The notes under the pieces were generated by a model. The model did not search any database and was not told where the DNA came from. It worked only from the letters and a program-made list of their open reading frames with translations. A program made the position numbers and the translations under genes. A stretch of DNA of 64,000 nt from Vicinamibacterales bacterium. GTDB taxonomy: Bacteria > Acidobacteriota > Vicinamibacteria > Vicinamibacterales > JAMQPK01. The DNA lies in contig CAVSZJ010000003.1 in assembly GCA_963732445.1 (NCBI GenBank), positions 1,143,639 to 1,207,638 of the forward strand. The letters are read 5' to 3'. Positions 39,542 to 50,373 of this stretch are shown here, in pieces. How positions within the stretch are numbered: position 1 is the first letter of the stretch; every line of letters begins with the position of its first letter.

Positions 39542-41599
39542 ATGCCACCAAAGATCCCGCAAGAAACGCTGAAGAAGCTCCACCCCAAGCTGCGGATGAT
39601 CACCGACGGCGATGGCACCGTGAACATCCTGCGGTCCGAGCGCGCCGCGGCTCTCGCGGTCGAATCGCCGGCCACGATCAAGAAGGTCAAGGAATACCGG
39701 AGAGCCGACACGGTCCCCGTGGCGATCGAGGATCTCGACAGGAAGCCCCGCAAGCCGAAGGCGCTGAAGCACATCACGGGCGCGGTGCGCGCGAACGTGT
39801 TCGTCTACCTGCGAGACCCCAGGGTCGAGACACCCGACGTCGATCGCCCGACATGCCGCAAAGGGGAGATCCTTCAGGTGCAGGCGCCGCTCGACGAGAT
39901 TCCGGCCATCGCCGGCAGGCCAGGGGTGACCTACGTCGAGATCGCGCAGACGCTGAGCACACCGGTGGTGACGACCGCGGATGCGGCGCCGTCAGCGCCA
40001 GCCTCGAGCGAGCGGCGTTTCGGATCCGCCGCGCAGCACAAGTTCGGCCAGGACATTCTCATCGGCATCATCGACGTCCAGGGTTTCGACTTCAGCCATG
40101 CGGATTTCCTGGACGAGGCCGGCAGGACGCGCTTCGTGCGCATCTGGGATCAGGGCGGCGACGCACGGCCGTCTCCAAACGAACGAGACCCCTTCTTCGA
40201 CACGCAGTTCGAGTACGGCGCCGAATTTCAGGACGTCGATCTCAACAAAGCACTGGGCGCAGCGCCCAGGCTCGGCCTGCCTCCCACCGACATCGAACGG
40301 CAGTCACAGCGCGCGGAGAATTCGCACGCGACGCACGTCGCCAGCATCGCCGCCGGCAATCGCGGCGTCTGCCGCCGCGCGAAGATCGCCGGCGTCCTCA
40401 TTTCGCTGCCGGCCGAGGACCAGGACAAGCGGTTGTCGTTCTACGACTCGAGCCGGCTTGCCGACGCCGTCGACTACCTGCTGCGGCTCGGGCAGAAGAT
40501 GGGACTGCCGGTGTCGATCAACGTGAGCCTTGGCACGAACGGTCATTCGCATGACGGCAGCGCTGCGGTCACGCGCTGGATCGACGCCGCGCTTGCGGCG
40601 CCCGGCCGTGCCGTCACCGTCGCTGCCGGCAACTCGGGCCAGGAGAAAGGGGAAACGGAGGACGACCTCGGTTGGATCATGGGGCGCGTCCACGCGAGCG
40701 GCGCGTTTCCTGCCGCCGGGCTCGAGCAGGATCTCGAGATGGGTCGTGGTCGGCAACGGCATCATGGACCTGTCCGAGAACGAGCTCGAGATCTGGTACA
40801 GCGCCCAGGATCGGCTTGCGATTTCGATCAAGCCGCCGAACATGGACTGGATCGGCCCGATCGAGCCGCGTGAGTTCATCCAGAACCGTGTGCTCTCGGA
40901 CGGCACCGTGTTGAGCGCCTACAACGAGGTATTCCATCCGGCCAACGGGCTCAACTACATCAGCGTGTACCTCAGCCCGTTCCTGCAGCCGCCGCAGGTC
41001 ATTGGTGTCGCGGCCGGCACGTGGACCGTGCGGCTGCATTCGCGTGAAGTGCGCGACGGGCGGTATCACGCGTGGATCGAGCGCGACGACCCGCAGCGGC
41101 TCGGACGCGTCGGCGAACGCGAGGCGTGGTCGTTTCCGTCGTTCTTCACGGAGCGATCGCTGGTGGACGACACGCACCGTCAGCTCGCTCGGATGCGGCA
41201 GCCGCGTGATCACCGTCGCCAATCTCGATGCGGTTCGCAATCAGATCAGCATCACGAGCAGTCAGGGCCCGACGCGTGATGGACGCGAGAAGCCCGACAT
41301 CGCGGCGCCGGGCACCAATATCGTTGCCGCCAAAGGTTTTTCGGGCGACCCGAATGCAGTGGCTCGGGTTGTCGGGCACCAGCATGGCCAGTCCGCTCGT
41401 CACCGGCGTCGTCGGACTGATGCTCGCGATCGAGCCGCAACTCACCGCCGCCCAGGTCGAATCGATTATCCGGCGCACCGCGAAACCGCTGCCGGGCGCG
41501 AGCTTCACGTGGTCGAACGCCGCCGGGTTCGGCGTGATCGATCCCGAGGCGTGTCTCACAGAGACCTCGCGGCTCAACGTCAGAAAGGATTTGGGCTGA
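39542..41599 (+). pseudogene. S8 (subtilisin-family) serine peptidase without signal peptide; frame changes near 40739, 41175 and 41355
   Basis: Asp IGIIDVQGFD, His NSHATHVASIAAG, oxyanion Asn AAGNSG and Ser LSGTSMASPLVTG, recovered by joining ORFs 39542..40873, 40530..41279, 41002.. and 41228..41599. The N-terminal 180 aa are hydrophilic and unassigned. Confidence 0.8.
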
Positions 41600-42877
41600 T
41601 GCGTCTCACTGCCTTCCAATCGGACAAGGGCGATTGCCTGCTGCTCACGGACACCTCGGGCACGCGGCGCATTCTGGTCGACGGCGGCATGCCGGCTTCC
41701 TACAAAGCGCACGTCGCGGCGGCGATGGGCAAGCTCGGCGCCGCGAAGGCGGCGCTCGACGTCGTCTACGTCTCGCACATCGACCAGGACCATATCGGCG
41801 GCGTCCTGACGATGCTCGACGACGAGGCGGACTGGCGCGTGCACGAGTTTCAGAAGAAGAACAAGAACACGAAGAGCAAGCCTCCGGCGGTGGCTCGGCC
41901 GCCGAAGGTCAAGGAGATCTGGCACAACGCGTTTCACGAGCAGTTGAAGGACAATGCCGGGCCCATCGAGGACGCGCTGGCCGCCGTCGCGCCGATGCTG
42001 AGTGGCTCCGACCTCGCGAAGATCCGCGACGAAGGCCTCAAGCAGTCCGACCTCGATCACGAGCATCGCCGAGGCGATACAGGTCTCGCGGCGCATCTCG
42101 CCGAAGCAGCTCAACATCCCGCTGAATCCGCGATCGGACGGCAAGCTGATGATGCTGCGCAAGAGATCAGAAGCCCATCAAAATCGGCGATCTGACGGAT
42201 CACGATCATCGGGCCGACTGCCAGGCAGCTCGAAGGAGCTGCAGGACGAGTGGAACACGTGGCTTCGGAGCGCGGAAGGGAAAGCCCGCCTCAAGAAGCT
42301 GGAGGATGCCGCGCGCCGCGACGAGGAAGCGCTCGGCGCGTCGGAGTTCGACAGCCTGATGTCATCGCTCCGCCTGCAGGCAGAGTCGTTCGGCGATCCC
42401 AATGCCGTGACCGCTCCGAATGTCGCGTCGCTCACGCTGCTCGTCGAGGACAATTCGTCATCACTGCTGCTCACCGGCGATGCACGTGGCGACCACATCG
42501 TCGACGGCCTGAAGAGCGCCGGCCGCCTGAACGGCGGCACGTTCGAGGTGGATGTGCTCAAGGTCCCGCATCACGGATCGAAGAACAACATCGATTCCGA
42601 TTTCGTCGAGACCGTCATTGCCCGCGACTACGTCTTCTGCGGCAACGGCTTGCATCGACAATCCCCATCTCGAGGTTATCGCGATGATGTTCCGGCGGCG
42701 CCTTGCCGGCGAGTCAGAAGCCGTTCCGCTTCTGGTTCAACAGCAGCAAGGACGTCTCCGTCGAAGCCGCAACACATGGCCCAGGTCGAGACGCTCGTGA
42801 AGAAGCTTGCCAAGACCGGCAAGGGACGCTTCACGTTCGAGTTCCTGACGAAGGGCAGTACGATGAAGATCCTGTGA
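41599..42877 (+). pseudogene. MBL-fold metallo-hydrolase, ComEC/Rec2-type; at least four frame changes
   Basis: The ATG at 41599 shares its A with the TGA of the S8 gene. Motifs DKGDCLLLTD, VYVSHIDQDHIGG, LLLTGDA and VLKVPHHGSKNN. The pieces join as IAEAIQVSRR..., IKIGDLT/ITIIGPTARQLE, ELQDEWNTWL, DNPHLEVIAMM and KPFRFWFNSS. Confidence 0.75.
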
Positions 42878-42896
42878 CTCATGTAGTATTCCGCGC

Positions 42897-44834
42897 ATGA
42901 GCCTGCTGCTATCCACGCTGCTCCTGGCCGCCGCCCTTCAGGTCCAGAATTCGACGGAAGCGGGGCGCTTTCACGTCGAGCACCCGACGCTCCTCAGCGC
43001 CGGCTTCGAATGGGCCATCACCGGCGATGCGAACCGCAATGCGAGCGTCAGCGTCCAGTTCCGCGCCGTTGGCGAAACCGCGTGGCGCCCGGCATTGCCG
43101 CTCGTCCGCATCGGCGGCGAGAACGTCTACCGCCGGCGCGAGAATCTCGACTACACCGTTCCCGATGGCTTCGCCGGATCGATCCTGAATCTCACGCCAG
43201 GCACCGAGTACGAGTGCCGGTTCCAGCTCGTCGATCCGGACGGGACGACCGGGCAGACCACACACGTCATCAAGCTCACGACACGCACCGAGCCGATGCC
43301 TTCCACCGAAGGCCGCACGCTTCATGTCTATCCCGCGGACTACAAGGGAGAAAAAATCGAGCCGAGCTTCACGAGTCTGCTTCAGGCCTATTACGGCGCC
43401 GGTCTCGGCGATTGGAGCGTCGTCTGGGAGCGTCGCGCCCAACCCGGCGATACCATCCTCGTCCACGTCGGCCTCTACAAACCTGAACGGTTCAACTACG
43501 TCGACCCGATGATGACGCCATTCGACGGGTCGATGTCGCTGACGCTCAAGGGAACCAGAGAGAGGCCCATTACCATCAAGGCCGCAGGCGACGGCGAAGT
43601 CATCTTCGATGGCGATGGCAATTCGCGATTGTTCGACGTCATGGCGTCGAGTTACCACATCTTCGACGGTCTCACGTTCCGGAACACCGACGTCGCCATG
43701 TTCGCGGGCCAGAAAGAAGTGCTCGGCGCTGTCGGCCTGGCCGTGAAGAATTGCCGGTTCGAAAACGTGGGCGCCGGCGTCTGGACCGAGTACGCGGGCT
43801 CCAGCGATTTCTACATTGCCGACAACCTCTTCCTCGGCCGCGATGATCGCTTCCGCCTCGTCGGCTGGACCGGCCCGTTGTGGGCCAGCGCGGGTCCCTA
43901 CGGATCCCACCTGCTGAAGAGCTATTACGCCGTGAAAGTCTACGGGCCCGGACACGTGATTGCCCACAACGCGATCGCCTACTTCCACGATGGCATCGGC
44001 ATTTCCACCTATGGCACGCCCGAACCGGACCCGGAGCGCCGCGCGTCGTCGATCGACATCTACAACAACGACATCCACATGATGGGCGACGATTTCATCG
44101 AAACCGATGGCTCCGTCCACAACGTGCGCGTCTTCAACAACCGGGGCGTCAACGCGGCCCACGGCGGCTACAGCGCACAGCCCGCGTTCGGAGGCCCAAT
44201 CTATTTCATTCGGAACATCCTGTATCACGTTCCCAGCGGCGTCGCGTTCAAGTTCAGCGCGAAGCCGGCGGGCCTGTTCGTTTATCACAACACCATCATC
44301 GGCGAGCACATCGTCGGCGATCCATCCGCCGGCATGCACTTTCGAAACAACTTGTATCTCGGGCGCGACACGCCGGGCCGCGGGATCCTCCGGCTTGCCA
44401 ATGCGACCGACAACTTCAGCACGGACTACAACGGGTATCGTTCCAACAAAGGGGTGAAAGACCAGTTCGCGTTCCTTGGCCCGAAGAAGGGGCAGCGCCT
44501 GTACGAGCCGAAGACGGATGACTGGCAGACGTTCGCGACGCTGCGGGATTTCAGCGCCGCCACAGGACAGGAGGCGCACGGTATCGAAGTGGACTTCGAC
44601 GCGTTCGAGACATTAACGTCTCCCGATCCTGGTCAGCGCCACGCCGTCTATCACGCGATGGATTTGAACTTCGCGCTGAAGCCGGCCAGCAAAGCCGTCG
44701 ATGCGGGTGTGGTCATCCCTACGGTCAACGATGTGTTCACGGGCAGCGCTCCAGATCTGGGCGCGCTGGAAGTGGGAGCGCCGATTCTACGCTACGGTCC
44801 ACGCTGGCTGACGTGGCAACCGTTTTACAGGTGA
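42897..44834 (+). CDS. secreted right-handed parallel beta-helix repeat protein (putative polysaccharide-active enzyme)
   Basis: Signal peptide. An N-terminal Ig/FN3-like region is followed by repetitive N/H/G-rich turns (IYNNDIHMMGDDFIETDGSVHNVRVFNNRGVNAAHGG, VYHNTIIG, FRNNLYLG). The family name is tentative. Confidence 0.55.
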   Translation: MSLLLSTLLLAAALQVQNSTEAGRFHVEHPTLLSAGFEWAITGDANRNASVSVQFRAVGETAWRPALPLVRIGGENVYRRRENLDYTVPDGFAGSILNLTPGTEYECRFQLVDPDGTTGQTTHVIKLTTRTEPMPSTEGRTLHVYPADYKGEKIEPSFTSLLQAYYGAGLGDWSVVWERRAQPGDTILVHVGLYKPERFNYVDPMMTPFDGSMSLTLKGTRERPITIKAAGDGEVIFDGDGNSRLFDVMASSYHIFDGLTFRNTDVAMFAGQKEVLGAVGLAVKNCRFENVGAGVWTEYAGSSDFYIADNLFLGRDDRFRLVGWTGPLWASAGPYGSHLLKSYYAVKVYGPGHVIAHNAIAYFHDGIGISTYGTPEPDPERRASSIDIYNNDIHMMGDDFIETDGSVHNVRVFNNRGVNAAHGGYSAQPAFGGPIYFIRNILYHVPSGVAFKFSAKPAGLFVYHNTIIGEHIVGDPSAGMHFRNNLYLGRDTPGRGILRLANATDNFSTDYNGYRSNKGVKDQFAFLGPKKGQRLYEPKTDDWQTFATLRDFSAATGQEAHGIEVDFDAFETLTSPDPGQRHAVYHAMDLNFALKPASKAVDAGVVIPTVNDVFTGSAPDLGALEVGAPILRYGPRWLTWQPFYR

Positions 44835-45001
44835 GGGGCGCGACCCAACCTAGAGCCTGTTTTTAACCTCACTCACATTCCGCGCGAATTTTCTCCCGAC
44901 GCTCACACGACTTTCATACTTACGTCGCTATTGACTCGAAACGCAAATCGTTTTGCATTAAAGTCAAACCTTGCCTGGATAATTCAGGCTCTGAGGAGGA
45001 T

Positions 45002-45244
45002 GTGATGAAGCAGATGGATGTCGTCGCCGCCGTGCTCGTCGTCGTCGGAGCGCTCAACTGGGGATTGGTCGCTGTCGCCCGTTTCGACCTCGTCGCCGCG
45101 CTGCTCGGGATGCGCTTCGGTGAAGTGTCGCCGCTGAGCGCTGTGGTGTATGGGTTGGTCGGATTGGCCGGTGCGTATCAGGCGCTGTTCTGGAAGCGCG
45201 TGCAGAGCCGCTGGATGCAGCCGGCGACGCAGCACGCGAGATAG
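45002..45244 (+). CDS. DUF378 small membrane protein
   Basis: GAGGAGG RBS. GALNWGLVAVARFDLVAALLG is the DUF378 hallmark. Confidence 0.75.
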   Translation: MMKQMDVVAAVLVVVGALNWGLVAVARFDLVAALLGMRFGEVSPLSAVVYGLVGLAGAYQALFWKRVQSRWMQPATQHAR

Positions 45245-45270
45245 CGAATGGAAATCAAGGAGAGGGTGTA

Positions 45271-46683
45271 ATGCGCATTCTAGTCACGGGCGCCACCGGT
45301 TTCATCGGGCGGGCGCTCGTGCCGCTCCTTCACCGCGAGGGGCATTCCGTCGTGGCATGGGTGCGAGACGCGGGCCGAGCCAGGAGTTTGCTAGGTGGCG
45401 ACGTCGAGCTCGTTCCTGCGGCCAACGGATTCGACTCATTGGTTCAGACGCTGGAATCATGTGACGCCGTCGTCAATCTCGCCGGCGAACCCTTGATGGG
45501 TGGGCGGTGGACCACAGTGCGTCGCGCAGTTCTGGAAGACAGCCGAATCAAGGTGACCGCTCTGCTCGTACGAGCGATCGGCGAAGCGAAGCCGCGCCCT
45601 CGCATATTCATTTCGGGAAGCGCCGTCGGCTACTACGGCGATCGCGCCGACGAAACACTCACAGAGGCGTCGAGTCCAGGCGGCGATTTTCTCGCGCAAC
45701 TCTGCCGGAAGTGGGAGGGCGCGGCACAGGAAGCCGAAAGACTGGGGTTGCGTGTCGTGCGGCTTCGGACCGGCGTAGTCCTGGGTCGGGAAGGCGGCGC
45801 GCTGGCACAGATGCTTCCTCCATTTGCAGTGGGACTGGGCGGGCCCGTGGGATCGGGGACGCAATACCTGCCGTGGATTCATCTCCACGATCTCGTCAGG
45901 ATTGTTGCGGCGACGCTCGTAGATGATGGCTACCGCGGACCGATCAACGGCGTCGCGCCGGAGCAGACGACGAGCCGGGCGTTTGCGGACGCTCTCGGGC
46001 GTGCCCTTCATCGCCCGGCGATGCTGCCGCTGCCGGCGCTGGCGCTCCGGGCACTCTTCGGAAAGGCGGCCACGGTGCTGCTGGCAAGCCAGCGCGCGGA
46101 TCCGTCGGTGCTTCGAGAGCGTCATTTCGCGTTCGAGTTTCCGACATTGATTGCGGCGCTTGCAGACATCGTCGGCGGCTCTTCCGTCGCAATCGCGCCG
46201 GCGCGCTCGCGGGCTGAAGCAACACGCGGCGCTCGCTACGAGCTGCGCACCAGGACGGTGATCGACGCGCCGCTCGATACGGCATTCGCGTTCTTTTCAA
46301 ATGCAGAGAACCTGGGGTTGATCACTCCCGCCGCCATGAAGTTTTCCATCCAGGGACAGGCCCCGCCAATGTCAGGGGGTGCGGTGATCGCCTACCGCGT
46401 GCGCGTAGGTCCGCTCCGCGTTCGTTGGCGCACACGCATCACCAACTGGGAGCCGAACCGGCGATTCGTCGATGTGCAGGAAGTGGGTCCATACCGGCTG
46501 TGGTGGCACGAGCACGCATTTCACGCCGACGGCGACCGCACCGTGATGGTGGACCGCGTTTGTTATGCGCCGCCACTAGGACCTCTCGGCCGGCTCGCAA
46601 ACCGCTTTTTCATCGGGCCAAGGCTGCGGGAGATCTTTCAGTACAGGGGCGACGTGATTAAGCTCAGATTCGGCGCATTGTAG
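45271..46683 (+). CDS. TIGR01777/YfcH-type NAD-dependent epimerase-like protein fused to a C-terminal SRPBCC domain
   Basis: Rossmann motif ILVTGATGFIG. The DUF1731-like end reads RHFAFEFPTLIAAL. The C-terminal 150 aa (YELRTRTVIDAPLDTAFAFF...WWHEHAF) resemble the SRPBCC/START fold. Confidence 0.8.
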   Translation: MRILVTGATGFIGRALVPLLHREGHSVVAWVRDAGRARSLLGGDVELVPAANGFDSLVQTLESCDAVVNLAGEPLMGGRWTTVRRAVLEDSRIKVTALLVRAIGEAKPRPRIFISGSAVGYYGDRADETLTEASSPGGDFLAQLCRKWEGAAQEAERLGLRVVRLRTGVVLGREGGALAQMLPPFAVGLGGPVGSGTQYLPWIHLHDLVRIVAATLVDDGYRGPINGVAPEQTTSRAFADALGRALHRPAMLPLPALALRALFGKAATVLLASQRADPSVLRERHFAFEFPTLIAALADIVGGSSVAIAPARSRAEATRGARYELRTRTVIDAPLDTAFAFFSNAENLGLITPAAMKFSIQGQAPPMSGGAVIAYRVRVGPLRVRWRTRITNWEPNRRFVDVQEVGPYRLWWHEHAFHADGDRTVMVDRVCYAPPLGPLGRLANRFFIGPRLREIFQYRGDVIKLRFGAL

Positions 46684-46730
46684 CCGAGCCTTACAGCCAG
46701 GATCCGAAATCCGGCTATCATGCGTGAACC

Positions 46731-47639
46731 ATGGCTGAGCTTTCCAGGCGCGAGTTCGCCGCCCTTGCCGGCGCTGCGGCGGCCGTGCCGTTCGTATGCG
46801 CCAGAACGTTGTCCGCGGCGGCAGCAATCACGGCAGAGCAGGTGATTGAGCGCATCAAGAAGAACATCGGTTCTGAGTGGAAACTCGACTCAGTTGATAC
46901 CGTCAAGGCCGGTGATCCGTCCACGGTTGCCACGGGAATTGTCACGACCTCCATGGCGACGCTGGCGGTACTCCAGCAAGCCGTGAAAGCCGGCGCGAAC
47001 ATCATCATCACCGCACAGCCCACGTTCTACGCGAGGGCCGACGTGACGACTCCGCCCGCAGGACGCGGTGGCGGCAGCCAGGCGCCTGCGGATCCTGTTT
47101 TCACGGCCAAACACGCGTTCATCACGCAAAACAAACTCGTCATCTTCCGCCTGAGCGATCACTGGCGGCAGCGTCGGCCGGATCCGTTCGCCGAGGGCCT
47201 CGCGACTGCGCTGCGCTGGTCGAAGTATCGGTCCGCGGGCGATCCCGAGCGCTTCGAAGTACCCGCGCTCAGGCTCGACGCCCTGGCGAGCAATCTAAAA
47301 AACGGCCTTCGGTCGAGAGGCGGCATCCGGGTTGTCGGTGTTCCCGGAACGCCGGTCCGGCGTGTCGGGCTGCTGCCCGGCACCACCTCGATTCATGCGG
47401 CGTTGAACATGCTGCCGAGCGTGGACGCGATCGTCGCGGGGGAAGTGCGCGAGTGGGAGTCTGTCGAGTACGCGCGAGACATGGTTTTCTCGGGCGGGAA
47501 GAAGGGATTGATTCTCGTGGGCCGGGTGGTTTCGGAGGAGCCCGGCATGGCCATCTGCGCCAGCTGGCTGAAGACGTTCATCTCCGATGTGCCAATCCGG
47601 CATATCTCTGCCGGCGATCCCTATTGGAGACCGTCGTGA
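46731..47639 (+). CDS. Nif3-like (DUF34) protein with twin-arginine signal; metal-ligand positions substituted
   Basis: Tat motif SRREFAALAGAAAAVPFV. NIF3-like GIVTTSMATLAVLQQAVKAGANIIITAQPTFY. The residues aligned to the His of the downstream paralog are TAQ, HWRQ and GRV. Confidence 0.65.
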   Translation: MAELSRREFAALAGAAAAVPFVCARTLSAAAAITAEQVIERIKKNIGSEWKLDSVDTVKAGDPSTVATGIVTTSMATLAVLQQAVKAGANIIITAQPTFYARADVTTPPAGRGGGSQAPADPVFTAKHAFITQNKLVIFRLSDHWRQRRPDPFAEGLATALRWSKYRSAGDPERFEVPALRLDALASNLKNGLRSRGGIRVVGVPGTPVRRVGLLPGTTSIHAALNMLPSVDAIVAGEVREWESVEYARDMVFSGGKKGLILVGRVVSEEPGMAICASWLKTFISDVPIRHISAGDPYWRPS

Positions 47640-48427
47640 ACGCAGGGGACGTTGTCGACCGCATCAAGAAGAATCTCGGCGTGCCCTGGCGCGATACCAC
47701 GTATCGGGACACCTTCAAGTTTGGTGCACCAGACACCGAAGTCCTCGGCATCGCGACGACGGTGTTCTGTTCTTTCGAGGTCGTCCAAAAGGCGAGTGCG
47801 GCGGGATGCAACATGATCATTCCGCACGAAGTTACCTACTGGAGCGATCGCGACGACATCGCGATCGTCAGTCACGAACCGCTCTATACGGCGAAGGCCG
47901 ATTTCATGCGGCAGCACAACATCGTCGTCTTCCGCATCCACGATCACATGCATGCGCAGCGGCCCGACTTCACCTACGTTGGCTCGGCGCGTGATGTCGG
48001 TCTCGACGCGAAGTATGAGACCGCGCCAAACTCGCACCGGTTCATCGTTCCGGAAACCACGCTGGGAGCGCTGGCTGCGGACGTGAGAGCACGTACGGGA
48101 GCGCGTGCACCGAGAGTCGTTGGCGATCCCAACGCCAAGGTGAGCCGAATCCAGCTCGGTGTCGGCTACGCGACGCCTGCCATCAACAACCCGGACGTCG
48201 ACGTGGTCATCAGCGGCGAGCAGCAGGAGACCGACGGTACGCTGGACAGTCCCGAATATGTCCTCGACGCGGTCACACTTGGTATGAACAAAGGGTGGAT
48301 CATGCTCGGCCACGCGATCTCGGAAGAGGCGGGCATGCTCGAAATGGCGCAGTGGATCAAGGGATTCGTCCCGGAATTACCGGTTCAACTGGTGAAAGCG
48401 GGGGAGCCGTTCTGGGCCCCGAGGTGA
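47636..48427 (+). CDS. Nif3-like dinuclear metal centre protein (paralog)
   Basis: The GTG start overlaps the upstream stop (GTGA). GIATTVFCSFEVVQKASAAGCNMIIPHEVTYW, FRIHDHMHAQ and IMLGHAISEEAGM keep the NIF3 His/Glu pattern. Confidence 0.7.
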   Translation: MNAGDVVDRIKKNLGVPWRDTTYRDTFKFGAPDTEVLGIATTVFCSFEVVQKASAAGCNMIIPHEVTYWSDRDDIAIVSHEPLYTAKADFMRQHNIVVFRIHDHMHAQRPDFTYVGSARDVGLDAKYETAPNSHRFIVPETTLGALAADVRARTGARAPRVVGDPNAKVSRIQLGVGYATPAINNPDVDVVISGEQQETDGTLDSPEYVLDAVTLGMNKGWIMLGHAISEEAGMLEMAQWIKGFVPELPVQLVKAGEPFWAPR

Positions 48428-48437
48428 CGTGGCTAGC

Positions 48438-48834
48438 CTAGCTATACATCGGCTTCCGCGCGTTCAGCGCCATCCAGCCGCGGACTATCCGGTAGACGAA
48501 CCAGAATCCCACGAGCAGGATCGGCAGCCAGGCGATGAGGATGCCGATGCCGAGCGTGAACACGATGAAGAGCAGCGCAGAGCGAAATCCACAGCAGCCC
48601 GAACCAGAACGTCCGGATCTGCCAGCGGAAGTGCGACTCCAGCCATGTGCCGCGCACGTCTCCGCGCTTCACGTAGTTCAGGATGACGGCGATGATCGAC
48701 GGCCAGCCGGTGAGAAATGCGCCGACGACGGTCGCAGCGCCGATGATGCCCGTCAGAAGGCTGAACGCGTGAAGCCCGTAGATGATCTGTGTCCAGTTGA
48801 CCAGTGACTGTTCTCGCGCGGGTTCATCCATCAT
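48438..48834 (-). pseudogene. conserved small integral membrane protein; one frame change near 48578
   Basis: GGAG RBS lies inside the end of glpK. NWTQIIYGLHAFSLLTGIIG...ILNYVKRGDVRGTWLESHFRWQIRTFWF continues in another frame as FIVFTLGIGILIAWLPILLVGFWFVYRIVRGWMALNARKPMYS. Confidence 0.55.
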
Positions 48835-48839
48835 GGCAA

Positions 48840-50357
48840 TCACTCCTTTCCGACGTCGACCCAGTTCAGCGTGCGCTCCACGGCCTTCTGCCACCCGCGA
48901 TACGATTCCTCGCGGCGGTCCGTGTTCCAGGTCGGTTCCCACTGCCGGTCGGCGCGCCAGTTTTTTCGCAGCGTCTCGAGATCCTTCCAGAATCCGACCG
49001 CCAGACCTGCGGCATACGCCGCTCCCAGCGCTGTCGTTTCGGCAACGACCGGCCGGACGACCGGCACGCCCAGCACGTCGGCTTGCAGCTGCATCAGCGT
49101 GTCGTTCACGGTTGCGCCGCCGTCCACCTTCAGAACGGCGAGCGTGACGCCCGAGTCGATCGTCATCGCGTCGAGCACCGCGCGCGTCTGAAAGCAGATC
49201 GCTTCCAGCGTGGCGCGCGCGAGATGCCCCTTCGTGTTGAATCGCGACAGGCCGACGATCGCGCCGCGGGCATCGGAGCGCCAGTACGGCGCGAACAGGC
49301 CGGAGAACGCCGGAACGAAGTAGGCGCCGCCGTTGTCCGGCACGGTGTTCGCCAACGCTTCGACGTCGGCTGCCGTCGCGATTATGCCGAGCTGGTCGCG
49401 CAGCCACTGCACCGCCGAACCGGTGACGGCAACAGATCCTTCGAGCGCGTACACCGGCGCCGCATCGCCGAGCTTGTAGCACACCGTCGTGAGGAGTCCG
49501 GTCTTCGACGGCGTCGGCGTCTCGCCCGTGTTGAGCAGCATGAAGTTGCCGGTGCCGTACGTGTTCTTCGCCTCGCCAACCGAGAAACACACCTGGCCCA
49601 CGGTCGCGGCCTGCTGATCGCCGAGATCGCCGCACACCGGCACTTCGGCGCCCACGGGACCGTTTCGACGCGTCACACCGTAACCCTGCCGATCGGACGA
49701 TGACCTGATCGCCGGCAGCATGCGGCGCGGAATCCCGAACAGCGCCAGCAGCTCATCGTCCCAATCGAGCGTGCGCAGATCCATGAGCAGCGTGCGGCTC
49801 GCGTTGGTGACGTCGGTGACGTGAACACCGCCGTCGGCGCCGCCCGTCAGGTTCCAGATCACCCACGTGTCGATGTTGCCGAATACCGCCTCGCCGCGTT
49901 CGGCCGCGGCTCTCACGCCGTCGACGTTCTCGAGAATCCACTGCAGCTTCGTGCCTGAGAAGTACGTGGCGGGCGGCAGCCCCGTGCGTTCGCACAGCAG
50001 CTGCCGTTTCGGTTCGAGGGCGCTGACGATCCGATCCGTCCGCGTGTCCTGCCAGACGATGGCGTTGTACCAGGGACGGCCCGTCTTCGGATTCCACACC
50101 ACGGTGGTCTCGCGCTGGTTGGTCACGCCGATTGCGGCAAGATCTTTTCCGTCGAGATCTGCCGCCCGCAGCGCACCGGTAATCACCTCGTTCGTGCGCG
50201 CGGCGATCTCCACCGGATCGTGTTCGACCCATCCGGGCTTCGGCATGATCTGCGTGTGCTCGATCTGACGCCGCGCCACTTCTGCGCCCGCGGCATCGAA
50301 CACCATGAACCGCGTGCTGGTTGTGCCCTGGTCGAGTGCTCCGACGTAGCGTGCCAT
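48840..50357 (-). CDS. glpK: glycerol kinase
   Basis: [44 protein letters not shown] and VDGGA motifs. 505 aa. Confidence 0.95.
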   Translation of the reverse strand: MARYVGALDQGTTSTRFMVFDAAGAEVARRQIEHTQIMPKPGWVEHDPVEIAARTNEVITGALRAADLDGKDLAAIGVTNQRETTVVWNPKTGRPWYNAIVWQDTRTDRIVSALEPKRQLLCERTGLPPATYFSGTKLQWILENVDGVRAAAERGEAVFGNIDTWVIWNLTGGADGGVHVTDVTNASRTLLMDLRTLDWDDELLALFGIPRRMLPAIRSSSDRQGYGVTRRNGPVGAEVPVCGDLGDQQAATVGQVCFSVGEAKNTYGTGNFMLLNTGETPTPSKTGLLTTVCYKLGDAAPVYALEGSVAVTGSAVQWLRDQLGIIATAADVEALANTVPDNGGAYFVPAFSGLFAPYWRSDARGAIVGLSRFNTKGHLARATLEAICFQTRAVLDAMTIDSGVTLAVLKVDGGATVNDTLMQLQADVLGVPVVRPVVAETTALGAAYAAGLAVGFWKDLETLRKNWRADRQWEPTWNTDRREESYRGWQKAVERTLNWVDVGKE

Positions 50358-50373
50358 GCTTGTCAGAATCTGC

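Noticed and set aside
42909-44579. 556-aa ORF on the minus strand
   Set aside because: Antisense to the beta-helix protein gene, which has a signal peptide and repeat motifs. Shadow-ORF composition.
44835-45001. Sigma-70 promoter in the AT-rich gap before the DUF378 gene
   Set aside because: Candidate hexamers exist (TTGACT, TTGCAT, GATAAT) but only with 19-nt or otherwise poor spacing. Not supportable beyond calling it an AT-rich intergenic region with a strong GAGGAGG RBS.
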